From positions 11,428 to 75,427 of IMG/VR virus record IMGVR_UViG_3300025133_009446: 64,000 bases of DNA. One strand, 5' to 3'. Of this stretch, positions 29,624-38,829 are shown piece by piece; position 1 is the stretch's first letter, and each line of letters opens with the position of its first letter. The position numbers were made by a program, and so were the translations under genes. This stretch comes from a virus. The notes under the pieces were generated by a model that saw only the letters and a list, made by a program, of their open reading frames with translations, had not been told where the DNA came from and did no database searches.

Positions 29624-30517
29624 TTACACCAAATAATTTTTTAAATCTAGATTCTTTATATCCTTTTCGAAATACAGATATTTTATCACATTTTTAATGC
29701 GCGAGCTTCTTATATCCGGGGGATTGCTTATAAACTCGCCGCTCCAATTCTTTACCCAACCTTGCTTTGTGGGGTTAGATTTCCACGTTCCACTCCACTT
29801 TGTATAAAAATAGTTCCAAGAATATTCCTTATATATCCCACTTCGGGTTTTCCATATACTTTGATGCTCCGCGTCATCTGCTCTTCTTTTTAAAGTGTGA
29901 TCACCAGCGAATCCAGGCTCTTCTATAAAATTCCTGTCGATAATGGTATCCAACTCTAACGCACTCTCATTGTTTAATTCTAAACCATGAAGCGTATCAT
30001 TAATACATGATTTTTCCTTATTAAAAATAAGCGCCCTAATCCAGTAATCTGCTTCTTTATATTGCACACCAAAAAAGTTTTCATCCCACATGCCAATATT
30101 TTTAATAGCTTCAGGTGTATAGCTAACCAAATTGTCTCCATATTTTCCAACCACAAAATTAAACTTCTCATGCATCTTCATCAGATTGCTATACCAATTA
30201 GGGTGCACCGATGTATCGTTCTGTAATGTAACCACATACTCACAATCAGGCTTATTAAGACTTTTAAAACCGTTGATTAAAGCTTGGTTCCAGTTTTCTG
30301 CTAGATTTCCATTTGACCAATCGGGGCGCAAAACATTGTGTAGTACGTTAACCTTGTTTTCATATTCTGGCTTTAAATAAAACTCAGAATGATTGTTAAT
30401 AATATTAACCTCTGTATTTGGAATACTTGAAAAATCCGAAGCAAAAAGCTTCTCCAACGTATCATTTAGTATGTCAGAGCGCTTATAAGTCACAATATAG
30501 ATTTTCATTTTTTTCAT
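29624..30517 (-). CDS. Glycosyltransferase, GT-A (GT2-like)
   Basis: IYIVTYKR, NWNQAL, LQNDT, IGMWDENF...EADY. Confidence 0.75.
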   Translation of the reverse strand: MKKMKIYIVTYKRSDILNDTLEKLFASDFSSIPNTEVNIINNHSEFYLKPEYENKVNVLHNVLRPDWSNGNLAENWNQALINGFKSLNKPDCEYVVTLQNDTSVHPNWYSNLMKMHEKFNFVVGKYGDNLVSYTPEAIKNIGMWDENFFGVQYKEADYWIRALIFNKEKSCINDTLHGLELNNESALELDTIIDRNFIEEPGFAGDHTLKRRADDAEHQSIWKTRSGIYKEYSWNYFYTKWSGTWKSNPTKQGWVKNWSGEFISNPPDIRSSRIKNVIKYLYFEKDIKNLDLKNYLV

Positions 30518-30518
30518 A

Positions 30519-31445
30519 TTATACAATCCCGGCAATTCTCAATTGCTCCATACAAGAATTCCAATTAGTAAAACGGAACCCTTTATCATCAATATATGCC
30601 ACCGCTCTTGGCTTTTCGGCTGTAACCTTTGTTACAAGCTTATCCATATCATATTTCTTAAGCCATTCCCACACCAACTCTATACCAGTTTTACCATCTA
30701 CCAAACCGCGATCAGGCTTTGCTTTACAGGTATACATGATAACATTGTATTTTTCAGACAACGCTTGCAAAGCCTCTCTAGAGCCAGGAACTGGTTCATC
30801 ATAAATTGTTCCGTCATAGTACCCTTTTGAGCACTTATGAATCACACCGTCGAAGTCGATGCCGATTTGATAAGTTTCGTCATCATTAGAGTGAAGACGA
30901 GGGCTCGCGGGTTGTTCATTCGGAACGGTCTTTATCATTGGTGATTCGAACCCTGAAGCGTTCATTAATCGATGAAAAAGCATGATGGTCAGCACTTCAG
31001 AAGAATAATAATGTGTTGCACCTGTTGATACTTCTATGCTACCCCATTCATTGTTGACCGATTGAGATGTAATGTAACATGTATCACATCCGGTTGATGC
31101 TGCAAATATCAAGGCAGCATCAACATCGGGTGATGCTCCGGATGATGACACGCCGATGACTAACGGCATTTTATTCGAATTAGAAAGTCGAGGTCTGAGC
31201 CATTCTATCAGCCACTTTTGATAATCAAAATCGCCATGCCAGATAGAAACTGTATCAGTATCTGGAGCACATATTAATTTCTTGCCTCCAGTGAGCCTTG
31301 TAAGATCTGTAGCTATGTGTCGGCAAATCGACAAATTTCCGCCATGACATGCCAAGTATACTTCGCTGTGTCTTTCGAATAATTTTTCAATATCTTTCCA
31401 CTCATCCGAGAGAATTGTTTTTTCATATAGATGTTCTACATTCAT
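30519..31445 (-). CDS. SIS-domain phosphosugar isomerase (GmhA-like) fused to a HAD-like phosphatase
   Basis: N-half HGGN...HIATDL...IGVSSSGASPDV; C-half IGIDFDGVIH...YT...KP...YIDDKG. Confidence 0.75.
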   Translation of the reverse strand: MNVEHLYEKTILSDEWKDIEKLFERHSEVYLACHGGNLSICRHIATDLTRLTGGKKLICAPDTDTVSIWHGDFDYQKWLIEWLRPRLSNSNKMPLVIGVSSSGASPDVDAALIFAASTGCDTCYITSQSVNNEWGSIEVSTGATHYYSSEVLTIMLFHRLMNASGFESPMIKTVPNEQPASPRLHSNDDETYQIGIDFDGVIHKCSKGYYDGTIYDEPVPGSREALQALSEKYNVIMYTCKAKPDRGLVDGKTGIELVWEWLKKYDMDKLVTKVTAEKPRAVAYIDDKGFRFTNWNSCMEQLRIAGIV

Positions 31446-32335
31446 TGTTTGCTCTCTTTTCTCTTGTCGCTAATCTCTCCTAGACAACCCACAAGACCAA
31501 GCCCAATATCAATATACTCTGATGCTAACATTTTTTTAGGAATATCTTCGCCATATTTATACGGAGTAGTTTGATAATGTGAAGTAATCAGACTTTTATT
31601 TTTGCTTTGATTATATTTTATTTCCACATCTTTATTCATTATTTCAGATATAATTGTTAATATTCCTGATGTTCGAAACGATCGTTCGCCTGTAAGGATC
31701 ATACAACGATTTTTATATTTAGAGCCTAAAGACTTTATAGTTAAGTCTGCTGCATCAGACGCATGAATATAATCGCGGCGTTCGCACCCTGTCCCTTGAT
31801 ATGTTATTTTACCATCAAGGGCTTGATCTAAAAATCTATAAACACTGTTGTTTTTATCTGCGCCTGGACCGTAAATTGTTCCATATCTTAATATTGTATA
31901 GTTAAGATTATAATACTTCTTATAGTCTTTTGTAAGAGACTCACAGACATTTTTTGTAGAGCGATAAACTCCTCCTAAACCAGACTCAGAATAAACACTA
32001 CTAGCCAAGACAAATCTATTTACTTTAGCTTTTGCACACTCATCTAAAATAATTGTGTTACCCAAAATATTTGTTTCTACTGCTTTAACTGGATCATCAA
32101 TACATGCTTCAATATCTGCAATTGCTGCATAATTAAAAACTATATGCGCGTCTTTTACGATACTTCTAACATCTTCCCTGTTAAGAACATTTCCTACTAT
32201 TGAATACTTCTTTTTTAGATCTGGTGAAGGAGCTTGATCAAATGAGTAGACAACATATTTGTTTTCCCTTATCAGTCTTCGTACTGTATATCTTCCAAGA
32301 AAGCCGGCGCCGCCAAATACAACTACTTTTTTCAT
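31442..32335 (-). CDS. NAD-dependent epimerase/dehydratase (extended SDR)
   Basis: FGGAGFLG, ASS, YRSTK, LRYGTIYGPG, RDYIH. Confidence 0.9.
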   Translation of the reverse strand: MKKVVVFGGAGFLGRYTVRRLIRENKYVVYSFDQAPSPDLKKKYSIVGNVLNREDVRSIVKDAHIVFNYAAIADIEACIDDPVKAVETNILGNTIILDECAKAKVNRFVLASSVYSESGLGGVYRSTKNVCESLTKDYKKYYNLNYTILRYGTIYGPGADKNNSVYRFLDQALDGKITYQGTGCERRDYIHASDAADLTIKSLGSKYKNRCMILTGERSFRTSGILTIISEIMNKDVEIKYNQSKNKSLITSHYQTTPYKYGEDIPKKMLASEYIDIGLGLVGCLGEISDKRKESKQ

Positions 32336-33330
32336 TATATAACCCTGTTAATCATATCTCTTGATTCAAGATAGTTGTTAACTGATTTTGCTGCGCCTAC
32401 TTCCATTTCAAGCCTACTAATTTTTGAGCAACTCCCGAGATGAGGTGACATCAGAATATTATTAAGAGACAATAGATTTCCATCATAGGGTTCTTTTTCA
32501 AAAACGTCAATTGATGCAGATGCGTCACTATTTTTTGTTAGCCAATCGTACAAAGCAGCTTCATCAACTATGCCGGCGCGAGACGTGTTAATTATGCATG
32601 CATTTTTCTTGAGCAATGATAGCTCTTTTGTTCCGATGTAACCTATGTTAGCTTCATTTAGTGGGATGTGCAAAGAGACGATATCGCACTCCGCTAAAAT
32701 TCTATTTTTAGATGACCACTCGTATGAGGGAAATATTGCTCTAGATGAATCAGTGTCTGTGTACAATATTCTTTTTGGCTGTAGCGACTCCAGCTTTCTT
32801 AAGACTGATGTTCCTATTCTTCCAACCCCTATAATACCAATAGTACAGCTTGACAATTCTCTTCCGATAATTCGGGACCACCTGCCAGCCTTCATTTCAG
32901 AATCAACAATCCATGTTTTTCTTAGTAATGATATTATTTGCCCTATTGTTAACTCTGCGACTGCATTAGTAGGAGCATCTGGTGTATACGTTACACATAT
33001 TCCTCTCTTTTTACATTCATCTAAATCAACAGAATCTAGACCAATTCCTACTCTGGATATCATCCTAAGATTTGGGCATGCGTCTAAAATGCTGACGTCA
33101 TATTTTTCAGTTCCGGCAACAATAATTTCAGGCCGTTTATTCTGAAGTACTTGCAAAAGCTCTTCTCGCGAGTATTTTCTTCCCGTTTCATTGTACGAGA
33201 CTTTCATATTATTGTCTAGACACAGACGTTCCAACAATTCTCGGGGATCGCTATTTTTTGACCCATACGGAAATGTCGTAACAACAATGTTTGACAATTT
33301 TTTGTCATCAATATTTTCAAAATCAAGCAT
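32335..33330 (-). CDS. D-isomer-specific 2-hydroxyacid dehydrogenase (SerA-like, no ACT domain)
   Basis: SRVGIGLDSVD, AVAE, GIIGVGRIG, SLHIP, INTSR, DVFEKEP, SPHLG; start moved to MLDF (33330). Confidence 0.88.
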   Translation of the reverse strand: MLDFENIDDKKLSNIVVTTFPYGSKNSDPRELLERLCLDNNMKVSYNETGRKYSREELLQVLQNKRPEIIVAGTEKYDVSILDACPNLRMISRVGIGLDSVDLDECKKRGICVTYTPDAPTNAVAELTIGQIISLLRKTWIVDSEMKAGRWSRIIGRELSSCTIGIIGVGRIGTSVLRKLESLQPKRILYTDTDSSRAIFPSYEWSSKNRILAECDIVSLHIPLNEANIGYIGTKELSLLKKNACIINTSRAGIVDEAALYDWLTKNSDASASIDVFEKEPYDGNLLSLNNILMSPHLGSCSKISRLEMEVGAAKSVNNYLESRDMINRVI

Positions 33331-34033
33331 TTTGCATTTCTTTATATGATTCAATTAAGGCAGTTGTATCCATACCCACTGCAATTATACCATAGTCATC
33401 ATATTTTTTAATCTCTTTTTTAACATCTTTCGGAATGTGAACTGCCATTTTTTTGATTGATACCATATTTTTTACCTTTTCTACCGCTTCTAGATACAAA
33501 GAGTTATTAAATTGTCCAGGTATACCAAGACTAGTAGACAAGTCATAAGGACCAATCATGTAAAAGTCAAAACCCTTAATGTCGCCAATGTTTTCAACAC
33601 CCCTTCTAGTTTCAATTTGAGCAACTATTATGGGCGGTTTTGCTATTAAAGCTTTATTATTTCCCCACTTGTTTTGTCTAACTAGTCCTAAGCCACGTCT
33701 ACTAGAGGTTGCGTAACCTTCTTTACCATAAGCTACTGGGTATTTGCAATATTCATGAATTTGTTCGGCTTGTTTTCTAGTTTCTACTGTTGAAAAAATT
33801 AACCCAGTTGCCCCAGCATCTAAACAATATTTAACCATGTGTAGATCTAGATTTCCTAGTCGAACAAAGCACTGTTTATTGTTGGCTGTGACTATTTGTA
33901 TACAGCTATATAACGTTTCATTATTAAAGCAACCGTGTTCAGTGTCGATTACAACACCATCTAATTTATTTTGACAAAGTATATCAGATACAACAGTTGA
34001 TGGTATTTGCTGCCATGCCAATCTCCTTACCAC
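33323..34033 (-). CDS. HpcH/HpaI-family pyruvate aldolase (2-keto-3-deoxy-acid aldolase)
   Basis: VIDTEHG, FVR, LDAGATG, AQIET, IGPYDLSTSLG. Confidence 0.88.
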   Translation of the reverse strand: MVRRLAWQQIPSTVVSDILCQNKLDGVVIDTEHGCFNNETLYSCIQIVTANNKQCFVRLGNLDLHMVKYCLDAGATGLIFSTVETRKQAEQIHEYCKYPVAYGKEGYATSSRRGLGLVRQNKWGNNKALIAKPPIIVAQIETRRGVENIGDIKGFDFYMIGPYDLSTSLGIPGQFNNSLYLEAVEKVKNMVSIKKMAVHIPKDVKKEIKKYDDYGIIAVGMDTTALIESYKEMQNA

Positions 34034-34719
34034 TATAAAAATCTCCTATATTTTTTTGTTTTGGTGCTGCTTTGTATTACGTTCACAAATTCCCAATCAT
34101 CTTCAGTATCGATATCTAAGCTCTCCAAAAAACTTGTAGGATAAAAATATGGATTTTTACCAATTCTATTTCCACTATTTAACACAATGTCGGAATAGAA
34201 CATATAAAATAAAGAGTTCTCTTCATAATATACTGGTAGATCTTGTGTCTGTTGCAGAATCATTGGATTGTGATTGACGGGGCACACACCGTATTCCTCT
34301 TTCCTCCAAAATCTTTTTTGAGTTGATATGCAAGAGGTGATAGAATCATATCCTTCATCAAACTTTTTCGCCGCTGCAGTTAGCGTTGCGACACCTAAAA
34401 ACGGAGAAGTGACGTGAATCTGGCATATTATATCGTTTTCTACACTTTGTTGTTCATGAACAATGAAGTGTTTAATTAACTTACACACAGAAGTATTATG
34501 ATCGACAAGCGCTGAGCTTCTTTTATAAGCAGTAACATGTGATAGGTTTTTATCTTTTTTTACTTCCTTGATGATTTCTTCACTGTCTGTGTCAACATAT
34601 ACTTCAAAATCTTTTAGTTTATAAAGCGTATGTTTATATAACGGCAAATTTGCAAATAATCTAAAGTTCTTTTTTGGCACCCGTTGTGATTGCTCTTTTA
34701 TTGGAATAAAAATTTTCAT
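34033..34719 (-). CDS. Acylneuraminate/ulosonate cytidylyltransferase (NeuA/KdsB-like)
   Basis: IPIKEQSQRVPKKNFR, VDTDS, HVTSPF, TQDL...YEENS, DIDTEDDW. Confidence 0.9.
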   Translation of the reverse strand: MKIFIPIKEQSQRVPKKNFRLFANLPLYKHTLYKLKDFEVYVDTDSEEIIKEVKKDKNLSHVTAYKRSSALVDHNTSVCKLIKHFIVHEQQSVENDIICQIHVTSPFLGVATLTAAAKKFDEGYDSITSCISTQKRFWRKEEYGVCPVNHNPMILQQTQDLPVYYEENSLFYMFYSDIVLNSGNRIGKNPYFYPTSFLESLDIDTEDDWEFVNVIQSSTKTKKYRRFL

Positions 34720-35465
34720 TTTATAGCATCACTAAAAAGCTTCTTGTCGAGCTTTTCTAAATTTAAAATCACATCTAATACACTGTCTAATTTAACAGAA
34801 GGGTTGTCTCTCAAAGTATCTTTAGCATATTGCCATATGTTTTTTTGTACATGTCTCTTTGAGTTAAATGCCATCGTAGCAAATTCATCTTCTGTTACGT
34901 TTTTTTCTTTTTCAACACCAGACTTACAGCCGGGTATAAAACCATCCAAATAAAAACTAAATCCATATATTGACAACATGCTTGGATTAAAATTTAATAA
35001 GTCATATATTGCAAGAAATCCAGTATTTGGTCTACATTGAACCTTTTTTGCCAATTCTGTATGCATCTGATGATCAACAATTCTAAGTGGTAATACTTTA
35101 ATTATATGTTTAACAGTTTTCATATTAACCATCTCATGAAACGTTGTTCTTTGGGAGATCCCTTTATAATCAGATTGTGGAGGGGCGCACACGAACTTAA
35201 CACCATAATCATTTTTTAACTCAAGAACGTCTAACTTCCCAGCATTTTGTGCTGTTTCTATCAAACAAGAATATAAAACATCGGTTTTTACCCCCACATC
35301 AGCTGAATATTGTTTAGTGGTTTCAATGCTTCTATTGATTCTAACAACCACGTCATGTTGATCAATTTCTTCACCCAAACAAGAGCCAACCATATATTTT
35401 GCTGGACCGACCAAAGCAACTGTTTTTCCGTGTATAATGCTTTTAAAAAGAGAATTATCAATCAT
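34716..35465 (-). CDS. GT29-like (sialylmotif) glycosyltransferase
   Basis: Sialylmotif L-like VALVGPA...GEEIDQHDVVVRIN...DVGVKT; S-like RPNTGFLAI...LSIYGF; a His near the C-terminus. Confidence 0.75.
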   Translation of the reverse strand: MIDNSLFKSIIHGKTVALVGPAKYMVGSCLGEEIDQHDVVVRINRSIETTKQYSADVGVKTDVLYSCLIETAQNAGKLDVLELKNDYGVKFVCAPPQSDYKGISQRTTFHEMVNMKTVKHIIKVLPLRIVDHQMHTELAKKVQCRPNTGFLAIYDLLNFNPSMLSIYGFSFYLDGFIPGCKSGVEKEKNVTEDEFATMAFNSKRHVQKNIWQYAKDTLRDNPSVKLDSVLDVILNLEKLDKKLFSDAIK

Positions 35466-36043
35466 TTTCTTTTTTTAAATATCCCAACCTTATTTTCAAC
35501 AATGTTATAAAGATTCTCTTTGCCAAAAAAATGACTAGCATATTTCTCTTCAATAAGCCGACCCATATCATCAACTACGCAAATACCATTATTCTTTAAA
35601 AGATAGTGTGCCGTATAAATGCTTTGCATCCTACCTGGACCTTTATATGGTCTAGGGGGGTTGTGTCCAAGAGGTCCGTCGACAAGAATCATATCCCACT
35701 CTATACTAGTAACTTCGTCTGGAAGCTTCATTTTAAGCTTCTCGATATCAAACCCAATATCAGCATGCTCTTGTGCTTTAGTATCGTACTTCACTGGATG
35801 TATTTTAATATTGACGTCTGGATCTTTAAATTTTTCAATCCATTCTAAATCATCCTCCAGAAACACAGTCTTGCCGCCAGCATTTATCTGCTCCCAAATA
35901 TAAGAGTCCTCTCCTAATCCGAAAACTAAAAAATTACATGGAGACAATAAGTCCAAAACGTAACCAACATTCATATATTGAGTCTGAGACATTAATCCCT
36001 TACCAGAAGCTTTCATATCTTTTATAAGCGTTTTAAAATTCAT
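35462..36043 (-). CDS. DUF579 / Polysacc_synt_4 (plant GXM/IRX15-like) polysaccharide O-methyltransferase
   Basis: PCNFLVFGLG...W..IN.GG.TVFLEDD..WI and EWDMILVDGP.G...PGRMQSIYTA match the recalled plant DUF579 consensus. Confidence 0.8.
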   Translation of the reverse strand: MNFKTLIKDMKASGKGLMSQTQYMNVGYVLDLLSPCNFLVFGLGEDSYIWEQINAGGKTVFLEDDLEWIEKFKDPDVNIKIHPVKYDTKAQEHADIGFDIEKLKMKLPDEVTSIEWDMILVDGPLGHNPPRPYKGPGRMQSIYTAHYLLKNNGICVVDDMGRLIEEKYASHFFGKENLYNIVENKVGIFKKRK

Positions 36044-36044
36044 C

Positions 36045-36788
36045 CTAATATTCCATAAAGTTCTCTTTGCAAATTTTTAACGCTTCATCAAGCGATTCAA
36101 TTTCATATGTACCTTTGTTTATTCGTGGATCAGCATGCATGTGGTATATTCTTGGCGCAAGATGTTCTTCTCCAAACTCATGATGAAAAATATGTTGTTT
36201 TTCTCTATTCGCCTTACTTCTAATATTATATTCTACAGGGAAAACATAGAACTGTAACCCCTCTTGAATGGCTTTCCAAAGAGAAATTCTGAATGAAGCC
36301 TGATCCCAAGGACAATAATGCCGATAATGGTAAAAACACTCTCTCCAATCCTTAAAAAGCTTTAAGACTTTTTCGTTTTTCTTGAATACGAGCACGCCAG
36401 TATTAATTTCAGAAAACGCATAAGGAATATTTCTATACTCAGGCATGACAGTTGAATATTTCTTTCTTTTTCTCGCCAAATCATGAGTGCCGGCAAAATC
36501 AACGTTGTCTAGCAACTCAAACAGATCCTCTATGTTGCGATCAACTATAGTGTCTGTATCTAAAAACAACGTCTGCTCATAGGGAGTTAAAGCTATATAA
36601 TCTATTTTAGGACGCAAATGAGCGACTTTAATTATCTTAACCTCATCAATATACTCAGACTCAATCTGTTTATCTATAAACGCAGTTATGTGTAAGTCTG
36701 GATTATGTTTTTTAACAGACTCTGCAGAGAACAACATCTCTTTAATAAAATGCTTACCAAAAGCAATATACAATACACCTTTATTCAT
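36045..36788 (-). CDS. Glycosyltransferase, GT-A (GT8/GT77-like)
   Basis: TPYEQTLFLDTD, EINTGV, WDQASFR, EYN, H. Confidence 0.8.
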   Translation of the reverse strand: MNKGVLYIAFGKHFIKEMLFSAESVKKHNPDLHITAFIDKQIESEYIDEVKIIKVAHLRPKIDYIALTPYEQTLFLDTDTIVDRNIEDLFELLDNVDFAGTHDLARKRKKYSTVMPEYRNIPYAFSEINTGVLVFKKNEKVLKLFKDWRECFYHYRHYCPWDQASFRISLWKAIQEGLQFYVFPVEYNIRSKANREKQHIFHHEFGEEHLAPRIYHMHADPRINKGTYEIESLDEALKICKENFMEY

Positions 36789-37776
36789 AACTTATCCCCA
36801 ATATGTCATTATACAATTTAGAAGCCCATGCATATGGACTATATAATTTATCAAATTCTCTCTTTGCGCGATCTGCCATTTTTTGCCTTAATCTAAAGTC
36901 TTGTAACTTTAATATACCTTTTTTCCAGCCTTCGTAGTTGTTTGCAATAATCCCGCATTCAGGATCACCCATAATATGAAAATTACTAGGAGTAAAATCA
37001 GCAATCACAGGGATCCCCAATTGATGGAAAACAAAAGCCCTACCTGCATTAGATTTGTTTTTCATTCTCACTATAAAATCCGTGTTATATAAACCAAGAT
37101 CTGTAGAGGTTTTATGCTTGCTTAAGTCCAATGGTATATGAGTCACATTGGGAACAATACCAATATCGCAACTTAACAAATCTTGTTTTATGGTTTTAAT
37201 GTTCCACGGTTTCATAATAATGTTTTCAATATTTGGTTTTCCAACCTTCCATTTAAATGATGTGTTGGACGTCACAACAAACAATTCTATATCACACGCT
37301 TTGTTAACCTCTTCTATAGCTCTTTTAAGATTAGGCGCAAACTTGCTTAAATGCGGATAATGTCCATGAAAACCTATCCTTAACCTAGATTTCTTAGAAT
37401 GAGTTTTATAGTCATCGCCTTGATACATTTTTTCAATCAAAGGAAAAAGGAACACATTCTTATAATGAGATAAACTATCCATCTCTTCTATGGAGCCAAC
37501 AATTACAAAGTCTATTGGTAGGTTTCTAGCGTCGGCTGCCAAATTTATAACACCCACTTTCTTATTTGGATATGCTTTCTTAATGCCAATGGCAGTTGCA
37601 ACATCGTTTTTGCCGCAGATAACAACATCATAATCTAATACATCTGTCTTATTGGTTGCTATCTCAGATTGATATCCACAATCACGAAAATAATCATTTA
37701 AATCATTAACCCAAATTCTATAAGAACCAACGCTAATATCACGGTTGTTGGAAACAAACAAAACTTTCATAATCAT
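36781..37776 (-). CDS. Glycosyltransferase, GT-B (GT4-like)
   Basis: GSYRIW, IGFHG, CDIGIVP, KSNAGR, LGIPVIA. Confidence 0.75.
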   Translation of the reverse strand: MIMKVLFVSNNRDISVGSYRIWVNDLNDYFRDCGYQSEIATNKTDVLDYDVVICGKNDVATAIGIKKAYPNKKVGVINLAADARNLPIDFVIVGSIEEMDSLSHYKNVFLFPLIEKMYQGDDYKTHSKKSRLRIGFHGHYPHLSKFAPNLKRAIEEVNKACDIELFVVTSNTSFKWKVGKPNIENIIMKPWNIKTIKQDLLSCDIGIVPNVTHIPLDLSKHKTSTDLGLYNTDFIVRMKNKSNAGRAFVFHQLGIPVIADFTPSNFHIMGDPECGIIANNYEGWKKGILKLQDFRLRQKMADRAKREFDKLYSPYAWASKLYNDILGISYE

Positions 37777-37922
37777 AACTTTCCATAAATCACGACTTGA
37801 TGATTCGGATTTCCACTAGCAGCATTTGGAACTATTAATTCATTAAGATTTAGAATAGCCTTTTCTTCTAAAGTAGAATGTTTTTCCCATTCAACCCATG
37901 ATAATATTTCTGCATTATTCAT
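37773..37922 (-). CDS. Small ORF (49 aa), unknown or gene remnant
   Basis: Below the ORF-track cutoff; MNNAEILSWVEWEKHSTLEEKAILNLNELIVPNAASGNPNHQVVIYGKL; exactly fills the gap and overlaps both neighbours. Confidence 0.55.
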   Translation of the reverse strand: MNNAEILSWVEWEKHSTLEEKAILNLNELIVPNAASGNPNHQVVIYGKL

Positions 37923-38829
37923 TAATTGTCTCTTTTATAAAGTTCCTGTACTTCTCTGCAACTGTTTTCATATTATAATCTACTTCAATATTATTTTTCA
38001 CCTTTTTATAAAAATCCATCTTAGGTGGTTTATATAACTCAACCGGCTCAAAATCCCACTCATCTTCTTCAATTACAACCGCATCTAATCCAGCTATTTC
38101 TTTTGTTCCACCAGCAGAAGAACATATAATTTGGCACCCGCTAGCGCGTGCATCAACAACCACGTTAGGACAATGATCGAGCCAAGCCAAATGGATAAAA
38201 TAATCTGCGCGTTTATAGAGAGCGGTAAGATACCTTATGTTTAGTTCGCCAACATAAAAAAGATTAGGAGTTCTCGCAATTTTTGCTTGTTCAAGATATT
38301 CAAGGTTTCCTCCAGCAACAACCAAACAATCATTTTTCGAAGAATGCTTTAAAAAATATTTGATATTTTCATTCAACCTTTTGTGAGGACGCCAAGACGA
38401 AGCACAACACCAAACATGTTCGTAATTATCCAGCATCCCTCGCAAGGGCTTGATTGATTCAATATGCTCTACATCAGCACCATTGTGTATGACAGTAGAA
38501 TTCTTGTGTTCTCCAAAATATTTAGTTATAAGCTGTTTGTTGAACTCAGACTGAAATATAACCCCATCTGCATTATCATAAGTTCTCTTTATATTTCTAT
38601 TCTGCTTTTTATAGTCTTGTGCCTTATTAAAGTAGATTCCATCTAACCTCTGGAATAGCGGCACATCATCAAACTGTCTTCTTTGAGATTCTATAAAACA
38701 CAACCTAGCATCTGGCTTTTTAGAGCCATCGGTGTCCGCATCTATATATTTAATCAATTTAGAAGCGAAGTGGTTTGGTCCAGAGGTGCTCTGTGTGTTG
38801 ACATTTTCAAAATGAATATTCATATTCAT
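37915..38829 (-). CDS. Glycosyltransferase, GT4
   Basis: SGPNHF, QRLDG, IFQSEF, VIHNG, WRPHKRL, DHCPNVVVDARASG. Confidence 0.85.
   Translation of the reverse strand: MNMNIHFENVNTQSTSGPNHFASKLIKYIDADTDGSKKPDARLCFIESQRRQFDDVPLFQRLDGIYFNKAQDYKKQNRNIKRTYDNADGVIFQSEFNKQLITKYFGEHKNSTVIHNGADVEHIESIKPLRGMLDNYEHVWCCASSWRPHKRLNENIKYFLKHSSKNDCLVVAGGNLEYLEQAKIARTPNLFYVGELNIRYLTALYKRADYFIHLAWLDHCPNVVVDARASGCQIICSSAGGTKEIAGLDAVVIEEDEWDFEPVELYKPPKMDFYKKVKNNIEVDYNMKTVAEKYRNFIKETINE

Noticed and set aside
32335-33330. serA as a serine-biosynthesis auxiliary metabolic gene
   Set aside because: It lacks the regulatory domain and is embedded in the sugar cassette, so a glycan-precursor role is more likely
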